Origin: Christensenellaceae bacterium
GTDB taxonomy: Bacteria; Bacillota; Clostridia; Christensenellales; Christensenellaceae
Length of the DNA stretch: 64,000 bases
Reading direction: 5' to 3'
NCBI GenBank assembly: GCA_050952565.1
Contig: JBMNLE010000003.1
Location: 25,112-89,111, forward strand
In this document: positions 28,296 to 38,268 of the stretch, in pieces
Layout of the letters: each line of letters begins with the position of its first letter
Numbering within the stretch: the first letter of the stretch is position 1
Position numbers and translations under genes: made by a program
Notes under the pieces: generated by a model
Databases searched by the model: none
Told to the model about the DNA's origin: nothing
Seen by the model: only the letters and a program-made list of their open reading frames with translations

Positions 28296-29909
28296 ATGAC
28301 ATATGCTGATCTTGTATATCAATTGATTGATTTGCCTGCGCTTGCCTTACCGCCAAAGCAGGGGGAAGCAGGTGGTTGTTTTTCCAGTTATGATCGCGCG
28401 TCAAAATATGATGAAGCGACAGATCTCTATATCGATTGGGGCGCCAACGCGGATGGAACGGGCTATCTTCGAAAAGAGGGCAATTCTATTGTGGCGCTGG
28501 AGCTGGATGGACCGGGTGTCATTTGGCGCGTTTGGTCTGCCCTGCCCAAGCGGGGCCATATTCGTATTTTTGTAGATCATGAAGATACGCCTATTTTAGA
28601 CCAACCGTTCCAAGATTTTTTTGAAGCAGTACCGGGTGAGTTATGCCCTAAAAATTATCCTGAATTGCTCCCCATTTTATCCCGTGGGCGCAATAGCTTT
28701 ATTCCCATTCCTTTTCAAAAACACATCAAAATTCTGTTGGATGAAGATTGGGGTATGTATTATCATTTTACTTATAATCGATTTTCGGAAGATACCATAC
28801 TCCCCAGATTAAGCATCAACGATGGCGGTGCAGGCGATATTGCGTTGGCAGAGGTGGATCGTTTGCTGGCGCAGCGGGATGAAGATTTTATTTCGCCGGA
28901 AACGGGAGATACGCTTGTACCATTGATGGCAGAAATTCCTGCCGGAGAAGCTGTTACAATTTATGCGCATGATGCGCCGGCTGCCATTCGCTCTTTGCAG
29001 TTTGCCACGCCGCGCCTGCCCACCATTACAGATGCTGCTTTGTTGCGCGGGCTTACCATCAGTATGTATTGGGATGGTTGCGAGACGCCGCAAGTCTGGT
29101 CTCCTTTTGGTGATTTTTTTGGCGCAGCGCCCGGTATAAAACCCTATGCTTCTTTGCCACTGGGGATGAGCAAACATCGCTTATTCAGCCATTGGTATAT
29201 GCCTTTTTCCGCTTGTAAAATTGTCATAGAAAACGAAACCCAAGAACCTGTTCCCCTTGTGGGTAGCTTGCTGCTCTCTTCATTGCAAGAAGCACCGGAA
29301 AATCTGCTGCGGTTTCATGCCAAATGGCACCGCGGCACGCTTGTGAGCGATACACCGGAGCGATTCGAAAAAGGCGGAGATCGCTGGCCGGATTGGCCCT
29401 TGCTACAGGTGAAAGGCAGCGGCAGATACGCAGGAATGCACCTGCATGTCTATAACGATTGGAAGGACCCTGCAAAAAAAGCAGATGCTTGGTGGTATGG
29501 CATCGGCGAAGAAAAATCCATCGATTGGTGGTGGGGCGAGGGAGATGAAAAGTTTTTCATCGATGGCGAAAAGTTTCCCTCCACATTTGGCACGGGCAGT
29601 GAAGATTATGTAGGGTATGCTTGGGCTGCCGAGCCGCCGTTTTCCATGTTTGAAAGCGCTTTTGCTGCGCAGCCATATACGCCTATTGATGGAAAAGGGC
29701 ATACCAGCGTAAACCGTTTTCATATTGCGGATAATATCCCCTTCCAAAAGAGCTTTGATGGGTTTTTGGAAAAATACTGGGATGATAATTGGGGTGAAAG
29801 CGGCAAGTGTCTTTATGCGACAACGGTTTATTTTTATCTCTCAGCAGACGGCACAGACCCTTATGAAAAAACGCCTTATTCTCTTCGCTATGGGTATGAT
29901 CATCTCTAG
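28296..29909 (+). CDS. DUF2961 / glycoside hydrolase family 172 protein
   Basis: SSYDR, GPGVIWRVW, SPFGDFFG, WWGEGDEKFFIDGE, GTGSEDY; SD AAGGAGG. Confidence 0.85.
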   Translation: MTYADLVYQLIDLPALALPPKQGEAGGCFSSYDRASKYDEATDLYIDWGANADGTGYLRKEGNSIVALELDGPGVIWRVWSALPKRGHIRIFVDHEDTPILDQPFQDFFEAVPGELCPKNYPELLPILSRGRNSFIPIPFQKHIKILLDEDWGMYYHFTYNRFSEDTILPRLSINDGGAGDIALAEVDRLLAQRDEDFISPETGDTLVPLMAEIPAGEAVTIYAHDAPAAIRSLQFATPRLPTITDAALLRGLTISMYWDGCETPQVWSPFGDFFGAAPGIKPYASLPLGMSKHRLFSHWYMPFSACKIVIENETQEPVPLVGSLLLSSLQEAPENLLRFHAKWHRGTLVSDTPERFEKGGDRWPDWPLLQVKGSGRYAGMHLHVYNDWKDPAKKADAWWYGIGEEKSIDWWWGEGDEKFFIDGEKFPSTFGTGSEDYVGYAWAAEPPFSMFESAFAAQPYTPIDGKGHTSVNRFHIADNIPFQKSFDGFLEKYWDDNWGESGKCLYATTVYFYLSADGTDPYEKTPYSLRYGYDHL

Positions 29910-29975
29910 CTTTTATAGAACTGTCGGGCAACAAATTACCCGGCAGTTTTATTTTTACAAAATTTCCGATTTCTT

Positions 29976-30004
29976 TTGACAAGTGGCTTTTCTCGTGTTA
30001 TACT
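29976..30004 (+). promoter_or_regulatory. Sigma-A promoter of csp1
   Basis: TTGACA-17 bp-TATACT with extended -10 TG. Confidence 0.85.
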
Positions 30005-30122
30005 GTTCTAGTATTCTCGATGCATCATTGTTCACATGTACTTGTAGCCAATGTTCTTGCAGCGCTACGGACATGTGATTTTTTATTTTCGAGCATATAA
30101 TATAAGATGGAGGTACCAAAGA

Positions 30123-30335
30123 ATGAATCATGGTACTGTGAAATGGTTTAACGCAGGAAAAGGATTTGGATTTATCGCAAATGATGAAACAGGCGAAGAT
30201 GTATTCGTACATTTCAGCGCTATCAATACAGATGGATTCAAGACACTTGACGAAGGCCAAAAAGTAACATTCGATACAGAAACAGACCCAAGAGACAGCA
30301 GCAAGTTGCGCGCCGTCAATGTCGTACCTGCTTAA
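30123..30335 (+). CDS. cspA: Cold-shock protein (copy 1)
   Basis: [15 protein letters not shown] (RNP1), DVFVHF (RNP2); SD GGAGG. Confidence 0.95.
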   Translation: MNHGTVKWFNAGKGFGFIANDETGEDVFVHFSAINTDGFKTLDEGQKVTFDTETDPRDSSKLRAVNVVPA

Positions 30336-30346
30336 AGGCGACACAC

Positions 30347-30372
30347 AAGAGCTCTTCGGAGCTCTTTTTTTG
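30347..30372 (+). terminator. Terminator after csp1
   Basis: AAGAGCTC-TTCG-GAGCTCTT plus T tract. Confidence 0.9.
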
Positions 30373-30418
30373 TACAAAAAATATTTTTCAAATAATAGGA
30401 ATATTTTCCCTCTTTTGA

Positions 30419-30447
30419 TTGACTTATGCCGATTAGTATGCTAAAGT
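30419..30447 (+). promoter_or_regulatory. Sigma-A promoter of csp2
   Basis: TTGACT-17 bp-TAAAGT with extended -10 TG. Confidence 0.7.
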
Positions 30448-30565
30448 TGTCTTGTATTCTATGTGCACCATTGTCTCACATGCATTTGTAAGCCACTGCT
30501 ACACAGGGTTTACGCGCATGTGTTTTTTTGTGCACGGAATATAATTTAAGATGGAGGTGCCACGC

Positions 30566-30778
30566 ATGAATAATGGTACTGTAAAATGGTTTAATGCAGG
30601 AAAAGGATTTGGTTTCATCACCAATGATGAAACGGGGGAAGATGTATTTGTACATTACAGTGCGATTGTTTCTGACGGCTTCAAAACGCTGGATGAAGGA
30701 CAAAAAGTCACTTTTGATACAGAAACAGATCCAAAAGATAGCAGCAAATTGCGTGCAATCAATGTTGTTGGAGCATAA
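30566..30778 (+). CDS. cspA: Cold-shock protein (copy 2)
   Basis: [21 protein letters not shown]; near-identical to copy 1. Confidence 0.95.
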   Translation: MNNGTVKWFNAGKGFGFITNDETGEDVFVHYSAIVSDGFKTLDEGQKVTFDTETDPKDSSKLRAINVVGA

Positions 30779-30789
30779 ACCACACCAAC

Positions 30790-30823
30790 AAAAAGCCCAT
30801 ATCGTATGATATGGGCTTTTTTT
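30790..30823. terminator. Bidirectional terminator
   Basis: AAAAGCCCATATC-GTAT-GATATGGGCTTTT. Confidence 0.9.
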
Positions 30824-31370
30824 ATTGCGGTTTACAAAGAAATGTATGCAGTTTTGTATCAAAAATATCTTGCGCATGTGCAGGCGTTATGATAACCGCT
30901 GTATCTGCCCCTTTTCCTGTGCCGCCCACTGCAATCACCTTTTCTCCTGCAGGAATGAGCCCGCTATCCAGCGCCATTACAGAAATTTCCACGCCAACTT
31001 TTGTGCCCGCGCCGAGCATCCGCAGTGTATGCGCCATGATTTCTACGGGATAAACCCCTCCCATCTTGCGGCTCATGCCCCGCTCTGCGCCGCTTAACAC
31101 ATGCGTTGTTGTAAGCACGCTTATGCCAAGTTTTTCAAGCGCTTCTTTTTCTACCGGAGAAAGTTCGTTTTCGCCCGATTTGTGAAATCCTTGTACATGG
31201 GTAACACAAATGACCTTTGCGCCACAATCCGCAAACAACTTTGCTGTTTCTCCTGTATTAGAGGCAACAACAACGTAGCTAATTTTTTCTGCTGCAACAG
31301 CTTCTTTGACCAACGCTGCTACCTCTTTGCTGTTCCCTTTGCCCGGTTTTTCAAAATATACTGTTTTCAT
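30822..31370 (-). CDS. Pyruvate kinase C-terminal-domain-like protein
   Basis: VVASNTGETA, VTH..GF, GTKVGVEI.VMALDSG, GGTGKGADTA. Confidence 0.8.
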   Translation of the reverse strand: MKTVYFEKPGKGNSKEVAALVKEAVAAEKISYVVVASNTGETAKLFADCGAKVICVTHVQGFHKSGENELSPVEKEALEKLGISVLTTTHVLSGAERGMSRKMGGVYPVEIMAHTLRMLGAGTKVGVEISVMALDSGLIPAGEKVIAVGGTGKGADTAVIITPAHAQDIFDTKLHTFLCKPQ

Positions 31371-31388
31371 ATGTTCCTCCTTTTTTCA

Positions 31389-32162
31389 CTACAATAAATT
31401 AATGATGCAAATGCCCATGATGACCACCATTAAGAGCAGCAATAATATTCTTACCTGCTTTTCTGCCATTTTTTTATTCAGTTCGCTGCCAATGATGCCG
31501 CCTAAAATACCGCCTGCAATCATGATTCCCATTACACCCACATCCACTGCCGGAATCCGCCCGGTTACAATGGTTTGTACAATGCTGGTCAGCTGTGAAA
31601 AGGTAATGATGTAAAGAGAATTGAGCCCGGCTTCTTTTGTTCCCATGCCAAACAAAAAAGACAATACCACAAGGTTAAACGGCCCGCCGCCCAACCCAAG
31701 AAAAGAAGACATCGCGCCCAAAAAGAGCCCTGCCAGTAAAATAATAGCAGCGTTTTTGACTTGCTTGGTTTTTATTCTATGTTCCAATAAGGTATAAAGC
31801 ATGGTACCGCCCACCAGCGCCAGCAGTATTCCTGCTTGCAGGCGCCCTGCCGCTGCATCTCCAATTTGCTCTCGCAGGAGATCAAACCCGCTTTTTCCCA
31901 GCAGCCCGCCAATGACTGCGCCAATTGCCAAGATCGTTGTGGTTCTATACGCAACTTTTTCTTTTCCACCATGCATTCTGCGATACAAAGAGACAAGCGA
32001 CATCACAAGGACTGTTCCTCCGGATAAAAAGCCGGCTTCTGCTGCAGTAACAAGCCCTGTCATGTCCAATATCGGCTTCATCAAAATGCCGCCGCCAATG
32101 CCACAAATTGCGCCTGCAATGCAAGCACCGATGCTGATACAAAATGCAATGATATAAAACAC
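31389..32162 (-). CDS. TauE/SafE family permease
   Basis: GAICGIGGGILMKP and SSFLGLGGG repeats; GTG start. Confidence 0.87.
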   Translation of the reverse strand: MFYIIAFCISIGACIAGAICGIGGGILMKPILDMTGLVTAAEAGFLSGGTVLVMSLVSLYRRMHGGKEKVAYRTTTILAIGAVIGGLLGKSGFDLLREQIGDAAAGRLQAGILLALVGGTMLYTLLEHRIKTKQVKNAAIILLAGLFLGAMSSFLGLGGGPFNLVVLSFLFGMGTKEAGLNSLYIITFSQLTSIVQTIVTGRIPAVDVGVMGIMIAGGILGGIIGSELNKKMAEKQVRILLLLLMVVIMGICIINLL

Positions 32163-32172
32163 AATTGCTCCT

Positions 32173-34008
32173 TTAGTCCGAAAAATATTTATAAATCTCG
32201 CGTGCTGTAGAAATATCTACTCCTTTGACTGCTGCCAGTTGATCTACGCTGGCTTTTTTGATGCCCGCAATATCTCCAAAGGCTTCCATCAGCGCTATTT
32301 TCCGCTTGTTGCCCACGCCTTTGATGCGATCCAGCTCGGAAGAAATAATCCGCTTCTCGCGCAAATTTCGATGGTACGTGATGGCAAAGCGATGGGCTTC
32401 ATCACGAATTGCCGTCAACAATCCTATTTCAGGCGCATTTTTCGGGAGTACAATCGGTTCGCTCTCATAAGGCAAGAAAATCTCTTCTTCCCGCTTGGCA
32501 AGGCCGATGACATGCATATCTTCCACGCCCAGCGATTCCAGTACGCCAACAGCGCTTGAGAGTTGCCCTTTTCCGCCGTCGATTACGATTAGGTCCGGAA
32601 CTGCGCCAAACCCTCTTTCTTTATCTTCTGCGCGAAAACCTTCTAAAATGCGCCGCGTCAACACTTCTGCCATGGAAGCAAAATCATCTGCCCCTTCCAC
32701 CGTTTTAATTCGAAAACGCCGGTACTCTTTTTTCGCGGGTTTCCCATCTAAAAAAACAACCATGGATGCTACAGAATCTGTTCCCTGCGTATTTGAAATA
32801 TCATAACATTCCATGCGATGAATGTAATCCATCCCCAGCAGTTCGCCCAAACTTTTTGCCGCGCCTACCGTTCTTGCGTACGCCCGTTTTTCCGCAGATT
32901 CTTTGCGTCCCAATGCCTCTTTCGCGTTTTTTTCTGCCAAATCCGCCAGTCGTCGATAATAGCCCCTTTGCGGTTTGATGATTTCCACCTTCCGCTCAGC
33001 CCTATCTGAAAACCATTCTTGTAAAAGCGTATTGTCTTCCGGCAGCGTATTCACGTAAGTTTTTTTGGGAATCATGCTATCTTCCGCATAGAATTGTTTT
33101 AACAATCCGTTCATCAGTTCTTCCGGTGCACCTGGGGCTTCCACGTAAAACCGCCGCATGCCCGACAGCTTACCGCGCCGTACAAAAAAAACTTGCATTG
33201 CGCCATATTTTTCGCCAATGGTAACAGCAAAAATATCAGCATCTTTTAAGTTTGGCATACCTGCTTTTTGCCGCTCTGCAATGCGCTTTAATACGCGCAA
33301 CTTATCTCTAAAACTGGCTGCTTTTTCATATTCTTGCCGCGCCGCCGCCTCTTGCATTTGCCGCGTCAATTCCTTTTCCACCGGCGCAAACTTACCCGAC
33401 AAAAAAGAAAGAACCTCTTCCATGACTTTATGATATTCTGCTTTGCTGATATACCCGCCGCAAGGCCCTGGGCAGCGCCCCATCTGATAATTGAGGCAAG
33501 GGCGTTCTTTTCTGCCGTCTTCTTTGATTTCTTTTTTGCAGCTGCGAATGGGAAAAATTTTATAAGCCGCATCTAAAATTTCGCGAATGCTCAATGTTTC
33601 TAAGTAAGGTCCAAAATACTTTGCGTCATCCTTTTCAATTTTACGAACAATCTCTACCCGCGGAAAATCCTCCCGCATATCTACCCGAATATAAGGGTAA
33701 TGCTTATCGTCCTTTAAAAGAATATTGTAATATGGCTGATATTCTTTGATTAAGTTACTTTCTAAAAAGAGTGCCTCTTTTTCCGTATCTGTAATGATAT
33801 ATTCAAAATCTGCAATGTGACTTACCATAGAAGCCGTTTTGGAATCTTTTTGTGCGCCCATGCCAAAATATTGGCGCACACGGTTTGCAAGTACTTTTGC
33901 TTTGCCCACATAAATTACTTGCCCCGTTTTGTCGCGCATCAAATAAACCCCCGGCTCGCGTGGCAGGGTTTTTAACTTTTCTTCCAGTTGTGCGCTTAAT
34001 ACATCCAT
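32173..34008 (-). CDS. uvrC: Excinuclease ABC subunit C
   Basis: PGVY..YVGKA (GIY-YIG), ECYDISN, DDFASM, IDGGKGQL, RDEAHRFA, HhH. Confidence 0.97.
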   Translation of the reverse strand: MDVLSAQLEEKLKTLPREPGVYLMRDKTGQVIYVGKAKVLANRVRQYFGMGAQKDSKTASMVSHIADFEYIITDTEKEALFLESNLIKEYQPYYNILLKDDKHYPYIRVDMREDFPRVEIVRKIEKDDAKYFGPYLETLSIREILDAAYKIFPIRSCKKEIKEDGRKERPCLNYQMGRCPGPCGGYISKAEYHKVMEEVLSFLSGKFAPVEKELTRQMQEAAARQEYEKAASFRDKLRVLKRIAERQKAGMPNLKDADIFAVTIGEKYGAMQVFFVRRGKLSGMRRFYVEAPGAPEELMNGLLKQFYAEDSMIPKKTYVNTLPEDNTLLQEWFSDRAERKVEIIKPQRGYYRRLADLAEKNAKEALGRKESAEKRAYARTVGAAKSLGELLGMDYIHRMECYDISNTQGTDSVASMVVFLDGKPAKKEYRRFRIKTVEGADDFASMAEVLTRRILEGFRAEDKERGFGAVPDLIVIDGGKGQLSSAVGVLESLGVEDMHVIGLAKREEEIFLPYESEPIVLPKNAPEIGLLTAIRDEAHRFAITYHRNLREKRIISSELDRIKGVGNKRKIALMEAFGDIAGIKKASVDQLAAVKGVDISTAREIYKYFSD

Positions 34009-34019
34009 TTTTTTCTTTC

Positions 34020-35393
34020 TTAATAGCCGTGATCTCGCAGGTAAGTAAATACTTTTTTGGTCATTGGCGCTGCATGAGCAGAGCCAAATCCTGCGCCTTC
34101 AAATATGACGGCAACTGCATAAGGATGTTCCTTATCGCTAAACCCAATAAACCAGCTATGGTTTTTCTTTTCACCATCTTCATAATATTCTGCCGTTCCT
34201 GTTTTTCCGCTGACGTTCATACCTTCTACACCGGCAGAAGTGCCTGTGCCTTCTAAAACAACTTCGCGCATGTATGCTTGCATGGTGTTTGCAATCCCAC
34301 CTGCCAATACGCGCTTATATTCTGTTGTATTAAACCGGAAGCTAGAACTTCCCGAAACTTCTTTTAACAGCTTAGGTTGCATCATCACACCATCGTTACC
34401 CACAGCACCTGCAATCATCGCTGCATGCAACGGTGTAATTAAATCTGTATATTGCCCAATGCCCGCCCACGCAACATCGCCTAGCTCGCTGGAGTTTTCA
34501 TATTTACTGCGATATAGTTCTACATCTGAAAAATTGAACAATGTATTAAACCCAAACTTGTTTGCTTGCTGCAACATGCGTTTGCCGCCAATTTTTACAG
34601 ATAATTGTGCAAAGTAAGTGTTACAAGAGTTGGTAAACGCTTGCTCTAAATTTTGCGTCCCATGCTCATGGGTACATGTTACCGGCTGTCCGCCAATAAT
34701 ATCTCTGCCTGTACAGGTGTAAGTAATATCAATCCCTGTTTCCAGCGCAGCAGAAGCGGTTACCACTTTCATAATAGAACCCGGCGGGTATCTTCCCATG
34801 GTCGCGCGGTTTAGTAATTGTGTATCTTTTAATTCTTCTGTGGCAACGGTTCTGGGGTCAAACGTCAAGATGCTGACAGAGGCTAATATTTCGCCTGTTT
34901 TATAGTTGATAACAACAACTGCGCCTCGCTTGCCCTCCATGTTTTGATAAATGTATTTGGAAAGATCCGCGTCAATGGTCAGCGTAATATCACTGCCTTC
35001 ATTGTCTGTTCCATCTAAAATATCTTGAAAGCGGTCAATGATATTTTTATCAATGCCATAGATGTATTTGGCAAACACCGTCTCTGCGCCCATGGATTTC
35101 CCATGTACATCTCCCACCACATGAGAAACAGAGCGGCGCGTCTCTTCGCTGCTGTTGTATTGCCGCGTACCATCTTCATTCCATGCCAGCTTTACACCAT
35201 TTCGGTCATATATCGCGCCGCCCGCCATGCTGTCAATGGCATTTTGCAGCCGCGGATTATACGGCGTTGCGTACCATTTCTCGCCGTACATGATGACAGA
35301 ATAACCAAAGTATACAATAAGTACAATGAACAGCAATATGAAAAACCACATTGTAAAGCGCATATTGCGGCGAAATTTCAAAACATTTTTCAT
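34020..35393 (-). CDS. Class B penicillin-binding protein (PbpA-like)
   Basis: N-terminal TM helix; SIMK, SCN and KTGT active-site motifs. Confidence 0.92.
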   Translation of the reverse strand: MKNVLKFRRNMRFTMWFFILLFIVLIVYFGYSVIMYGEKWYATPYNPRLQNAIDSMAGGAIYDRNGVKLAWNEDGTRQYNSSEETRRSVSHVVGDVHGKSMGAETVFAKYIYGIDKNIIDRFQDILDGTDNEGSDITLTIDADLSKYIYQNMEGKRGAVVVINYKTGEILASVSILTFDPRTVATEELKDTQLLNRATMGRYPPGSIMKVVTASAALETGIDITYTCTGRDIIGGQPVTCTHEHGTQNLEQAFTNSCNTYFAQLSVKIGGKRMLQQANKFGFNTLFNFSDVELYRSKYENSSELGDVAWAGIGQYTDLITPLHAAMIAGAVGNDGVMMQPKLLKEVSGSSSFRFNTTEYKRVLAGGIANTMQAYMREVVLEGTGTSAGVEGMNVSGKTGTAEYYEDGEKKNHSWFIGFSDKEHPYAVAVIFEGAGFGSAHAAPMTKKVFTYLRDHGY

Positions 35394-36652
35394 CGAATAT
35401 CCACCCCCATCATGGCAAGTTCTTCGTCTTCTTTTCTTCCATTTTTCAGCGCCACGCCTTGAATCATTCCCAGCTGCATCATGGAAGCCAACAGTGAACT
35501 TCCGCCGGCGCTGATGAACGGTAACGTAATTCCTGTCAAAGGAATCAGCTTAATGACGCCGCCGATGATGATAAAACTTTGCAATGAAAACATCGCCGTG
35601 CAGCCAAATACCAAAATTGCGTCATATGTTTCTTCTGCATTTAATGCAATCAAAATCCCCCGCACAATAAAGACAAGGTAAAAAATAATCACAAAAATTC
35701 CAAAAATAATGCCAAACTCTTCGCCGATTACAGCGAAAATATAATCTGAACTGCTGACAGGAATGGCGCTGGGCATGCCGCGCCCCAATCCTGTTCCAAG
35801 AAGCCCGCCGCTGGCCAACGCAATTAAGCCCTGCACCACTTGAAAGCCGCCGCCTTGTTCATGGTAGCTAGCCCAAGGGTCTTGCCAAATTTGCACACGA
35901 CTGCGCACATGGGGAAATACTTTATAGCTGGCGTATGCCCCTACGCCAAACACGCCTAACCCCAGCAGCGCCAGCAACGTCCGCCCGGTTGCCGCAAAAA
36001 ACATCAATAGAAACGTTCCCGATATGAGTAGCCCCGCGCCAAGATCTCTTGAAGCCACCAGCATGATCACACATGCACCGGCAAACAAAATATATGGAAT
36101 AAAGGAGCTGAGTTTCTCTCGCGTGGATAAGAAGAAGGCCGAAACCATAATAAAAAGCAGTTTGGCAAATTCACTGGGCTGCAGCGAAAACCCTGCAATG
36201 TTGAGCCAGTTGCGCGCACCGCCCTGTACTTGCGCAAAAATAAGCGTGCTGAGTAGCAACACCAGCGTCGCCCCCATAAAAAACCAATTCCATTTCCCAA
36301 AATTCCTGCTTTTGCGGATGACCAGCATCACTATGATCATGGCAAAAGAGCCTACAAACAAAAAAATAAACTGTTTTATCGCAATGTCTGCCGAAATACG
36401 ATACAACACAATCAGCCCCAGTGACCATAAAAATTGCGCCGCCAAAAGTGTAAACCGTTCAATATGTACAAATGCAATTTTTAAAGTGGAAAATTGTATG
36501 ATGTTAAAGAGCATTAGCCCAACGCCCATAACAACCGCAACCATATCAAATTCTTCATTGCGCAAGGAAAGCAGTAAGAACGCCGCAAGAATGAAAACGG
36601 CCTGTAAAAACATAATGGTTCTAGCGCTTCTTCTTCGTAGCGTCATCATCAT
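35390..36652 (-). CDS. SEDS family RodA/FtsW/SpoVE glycosyltransferase
   Basis: GARNWL, LQPSEFAK, DLG, DYIFAVIGEEFG, PLTGITLPFISAGGSS. Confidence 0.94.
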   Translation of the reverse strand: MMMTLRRRSARTIMFLQAVFILAAFLLLSLRNEEFDMVAVVMGVGLMLFNIIQFSTLKIAFVHIERFTLLAAQFLWSLGLIVLYRISADIAIKQFIFLFVGSFAMIIVMLVIRKSRNFGKWNWFFMGATLVLLLSTLIFAQVQGGARNWLNIAGFSLQPSEFAKLLFIMVSAFFLSTREKLSSFIPYILFAGACVIMLVASRDLGAGLLISGTFLLMFFAATGRTLLALLGLGVFGVGAYASYKVFPHVRSRVQIWQDPWASYHEQGGGFQVVQGLIALASGGLLGTGLGRGMPSAIPVSSSDYIFAVIGEEFGIIFGIFVIIFYLVFIVRGILIALNAEETYDAILVFGCTAMFSLQSFIIIGGVIKLIPLTGITLPFISAGGSSLLASMMQLGMIQGVALKNGRKEDEELAMMGVDIR

Positions 36653-37109
36653 AACCTGCTACCTCCTCTCGCAAGAAAACGCTGGCTTCCACATTTCCAA
36701 ACGTAATAACATCGCCGGAATATATTTGGTATGCTTTGGTGGCCCGCCGCCCGTTGATTTTTGTTTCGTTTTTGGCAAGCGGCGCCAAAACAACCATATC
36801 GCCTGCGCGATACAAAAGGGCATGGCTGCGCCCGACGCTTTTATCATCGATTACAATATCTGCGCTTCTGCCGCTCCCTACTGTATTATCCGCAGTGATG
36901 CCAATGCGTACACCAATGGCATCTGGAACGCCTGCAATAATTTCCAAATACCCAATGTAGTATTGAATTTCCCCCAGCGCTGCTCTGCGTTCTTTGTATT
37001 CTCTTCTGGAAATTGTAATGATCATAAAAAGCATAATGCCTGCGATGAGAATAAAAATATAACGCATCCCCACGGAAAGTGCTGAAAAAATTGCATTTGA
37101 AATGATCAT
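36621..37109 (-). CDS. Membrane-anchored FHA-domain protein with degenerate pThr site
   Basis: N-terminal TM; DIVIDDKSV..SHA, ING, GDVITFG FHA fold motifs. Confidence 0.82.
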   Translation of the reverse strand: MIISNAIFSALSVGMRYIFILIAGIMLFMIITISRREYKERRAALGEIQYYIGYLEIIAGVPDAIGVRIGITADNTVGSGRSADIVIDDKSVGRSHALLYRAGDMVVLAPLAKNETKINGRRATKAYQIYSGDVITFGNVEASVFLREEVAGYDDDATKKKR

Positions 37110-37116
37110 ACTTTCC

Positions 37117-37653
37117 TCACTTTCCCGCGCGCATCAACGCGCTGCGTATTCTTACTTCATAAAACAGCGAAACTTTGGAATACAAAAAATCATAAACAAC
37201 AAAAGCAATTTGCACCAATAAAGCAAGTAATATAGGTGAAAGCTCTGCCAAAAATGCACTGCCCAGTGCATGAAAACTTAAAAAATATACGCCCAGCATC
37301 CCCGTGTTAAAATAAAGCAATTTTGCAATAAACGAAGCAATTTTGCTGCGCATTTTTTCAAAATAGTATTTGCCGATGCCGTAATGTCCAAACAATAAAA
37401 TGTAGGGCAAGACCAAGCTCAAATCCGGCACAATCAAAAGTGCCAAAACACTCGTTACCACAAACTGCAAAATCGCGCCCACCGGTTGTCGTTCCACAAG
37501 AAGCGGCATGGTAAAAATTGATGCAATGAAGTAAAGCGCAAGCCGCCCGGAAGGGAGAATGACTGCCAAATATAAGGTGATTAACGATAAAACAGAAAAC
37601 ATCGCCCCCACGCTCGCGCGCAGCGGACCACTTGCATGATTGTTTCTCATCAT
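37117..37653 (-). CDS. Hypothetical membrane protein
   Basis: 178 aa, about 5 TM helices, co-oriented within the operon. Confidence 0.7.
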   Translation of the reverse strand: MMRNNHASGPLRASVGAMFSVLSLITLYLAVILPSGRLALYFIASIFTMPLLVERQPVGAILQFVVTSVLALLIVPDLSLVLPYILLFGHYGIGKYYFEKMRSKIASFIAKLLYFNTGMLGVYFLSFHALGSAFLAELSPILLALLVQIAFVVYDFLYSKVSLFYEVRIRSALMRAGK

Positions 37654-37662
37654 AAGCGCCTC

Positions 37663-38268
37663 CTAGCAACAACCCCGCGCGCTGCCGCAGCAAAAATCCA
37701 GGCACATCGCGCCCATACAAATATCACAAATGCTACAACTGCCCATATCTGTGTTTTCGCCATAGAAACCCCCATAGCGCCTGCCAAACATGTTGACAGA
37801 TTGATACGCCTGAGCATATTCTCTGTTGTTGGGCTCCATTTGTACTGCATTGGCAAAATGTTGCCGCGCGCCATCATACCAGCCGCGCCGTAATAAAATA
37901 ACACCTTTTAAGTAATGCCATTCCGCGCCGTGGTTGGTCATGTTATCCAGCATCGCTTCTGCGCCGGTCAAATCATTTTGATTGATGCGCATACGCACAG
38001 CATTGTAACGCGGGTCAGAAGAAGTGGATTGGTATTCATAGCCACCATAGCTTTGGTAACTGCCGTTGCTATTTCCTTTTCCGCTACGTATGCGCTCAAT
38101 TTCTGCGTATGCCGCGTTTACTTCTTTTAGCCGCTCTTCTGCTTCTTCTTTTAATTTGGTATCGGTATAACGATCCGGGTGATATTTTTTCACCAAATTA
38201 CGATATGCCGTTTTAATCTCCTCATCAGATGCGCTGCTGCTCACCCCGAGTACACGATATGGATCCAT
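37663..38268 (-). CDS. J-domain (DnaJ-like) protein with TPR-like region and Cys-rich tail
   Basis: [12 protein letters not shown]; AEWHYLKG; [14 protein letters not shown]. Confidence 0.9.
   Translation of the reverse strand: MDPYRVLGVSSSASDEEIKTAYRNLVKKYHPDRYTDTKLKEEAEERLKEVNAAYAEIERIRSGKGNSNGSYQSYGGYEYQSTSSDPRYNAVRMRINQNDLTGAEAMLDNMTNHGAEWHYLKGVILLRRGWYDGARQHFANAVQMEPNNREYAQAYQSVNMFGRRYGGFYGENTDMGSCSICDICMGAMCLDFCCGSARGCC

Noticed and set aside
37650-37904. 84-aa minus-strand ORF overlapping the J-domain gene
   Set aside because: Alternative frame of the Cys-rich 3' end of the J-domain gene
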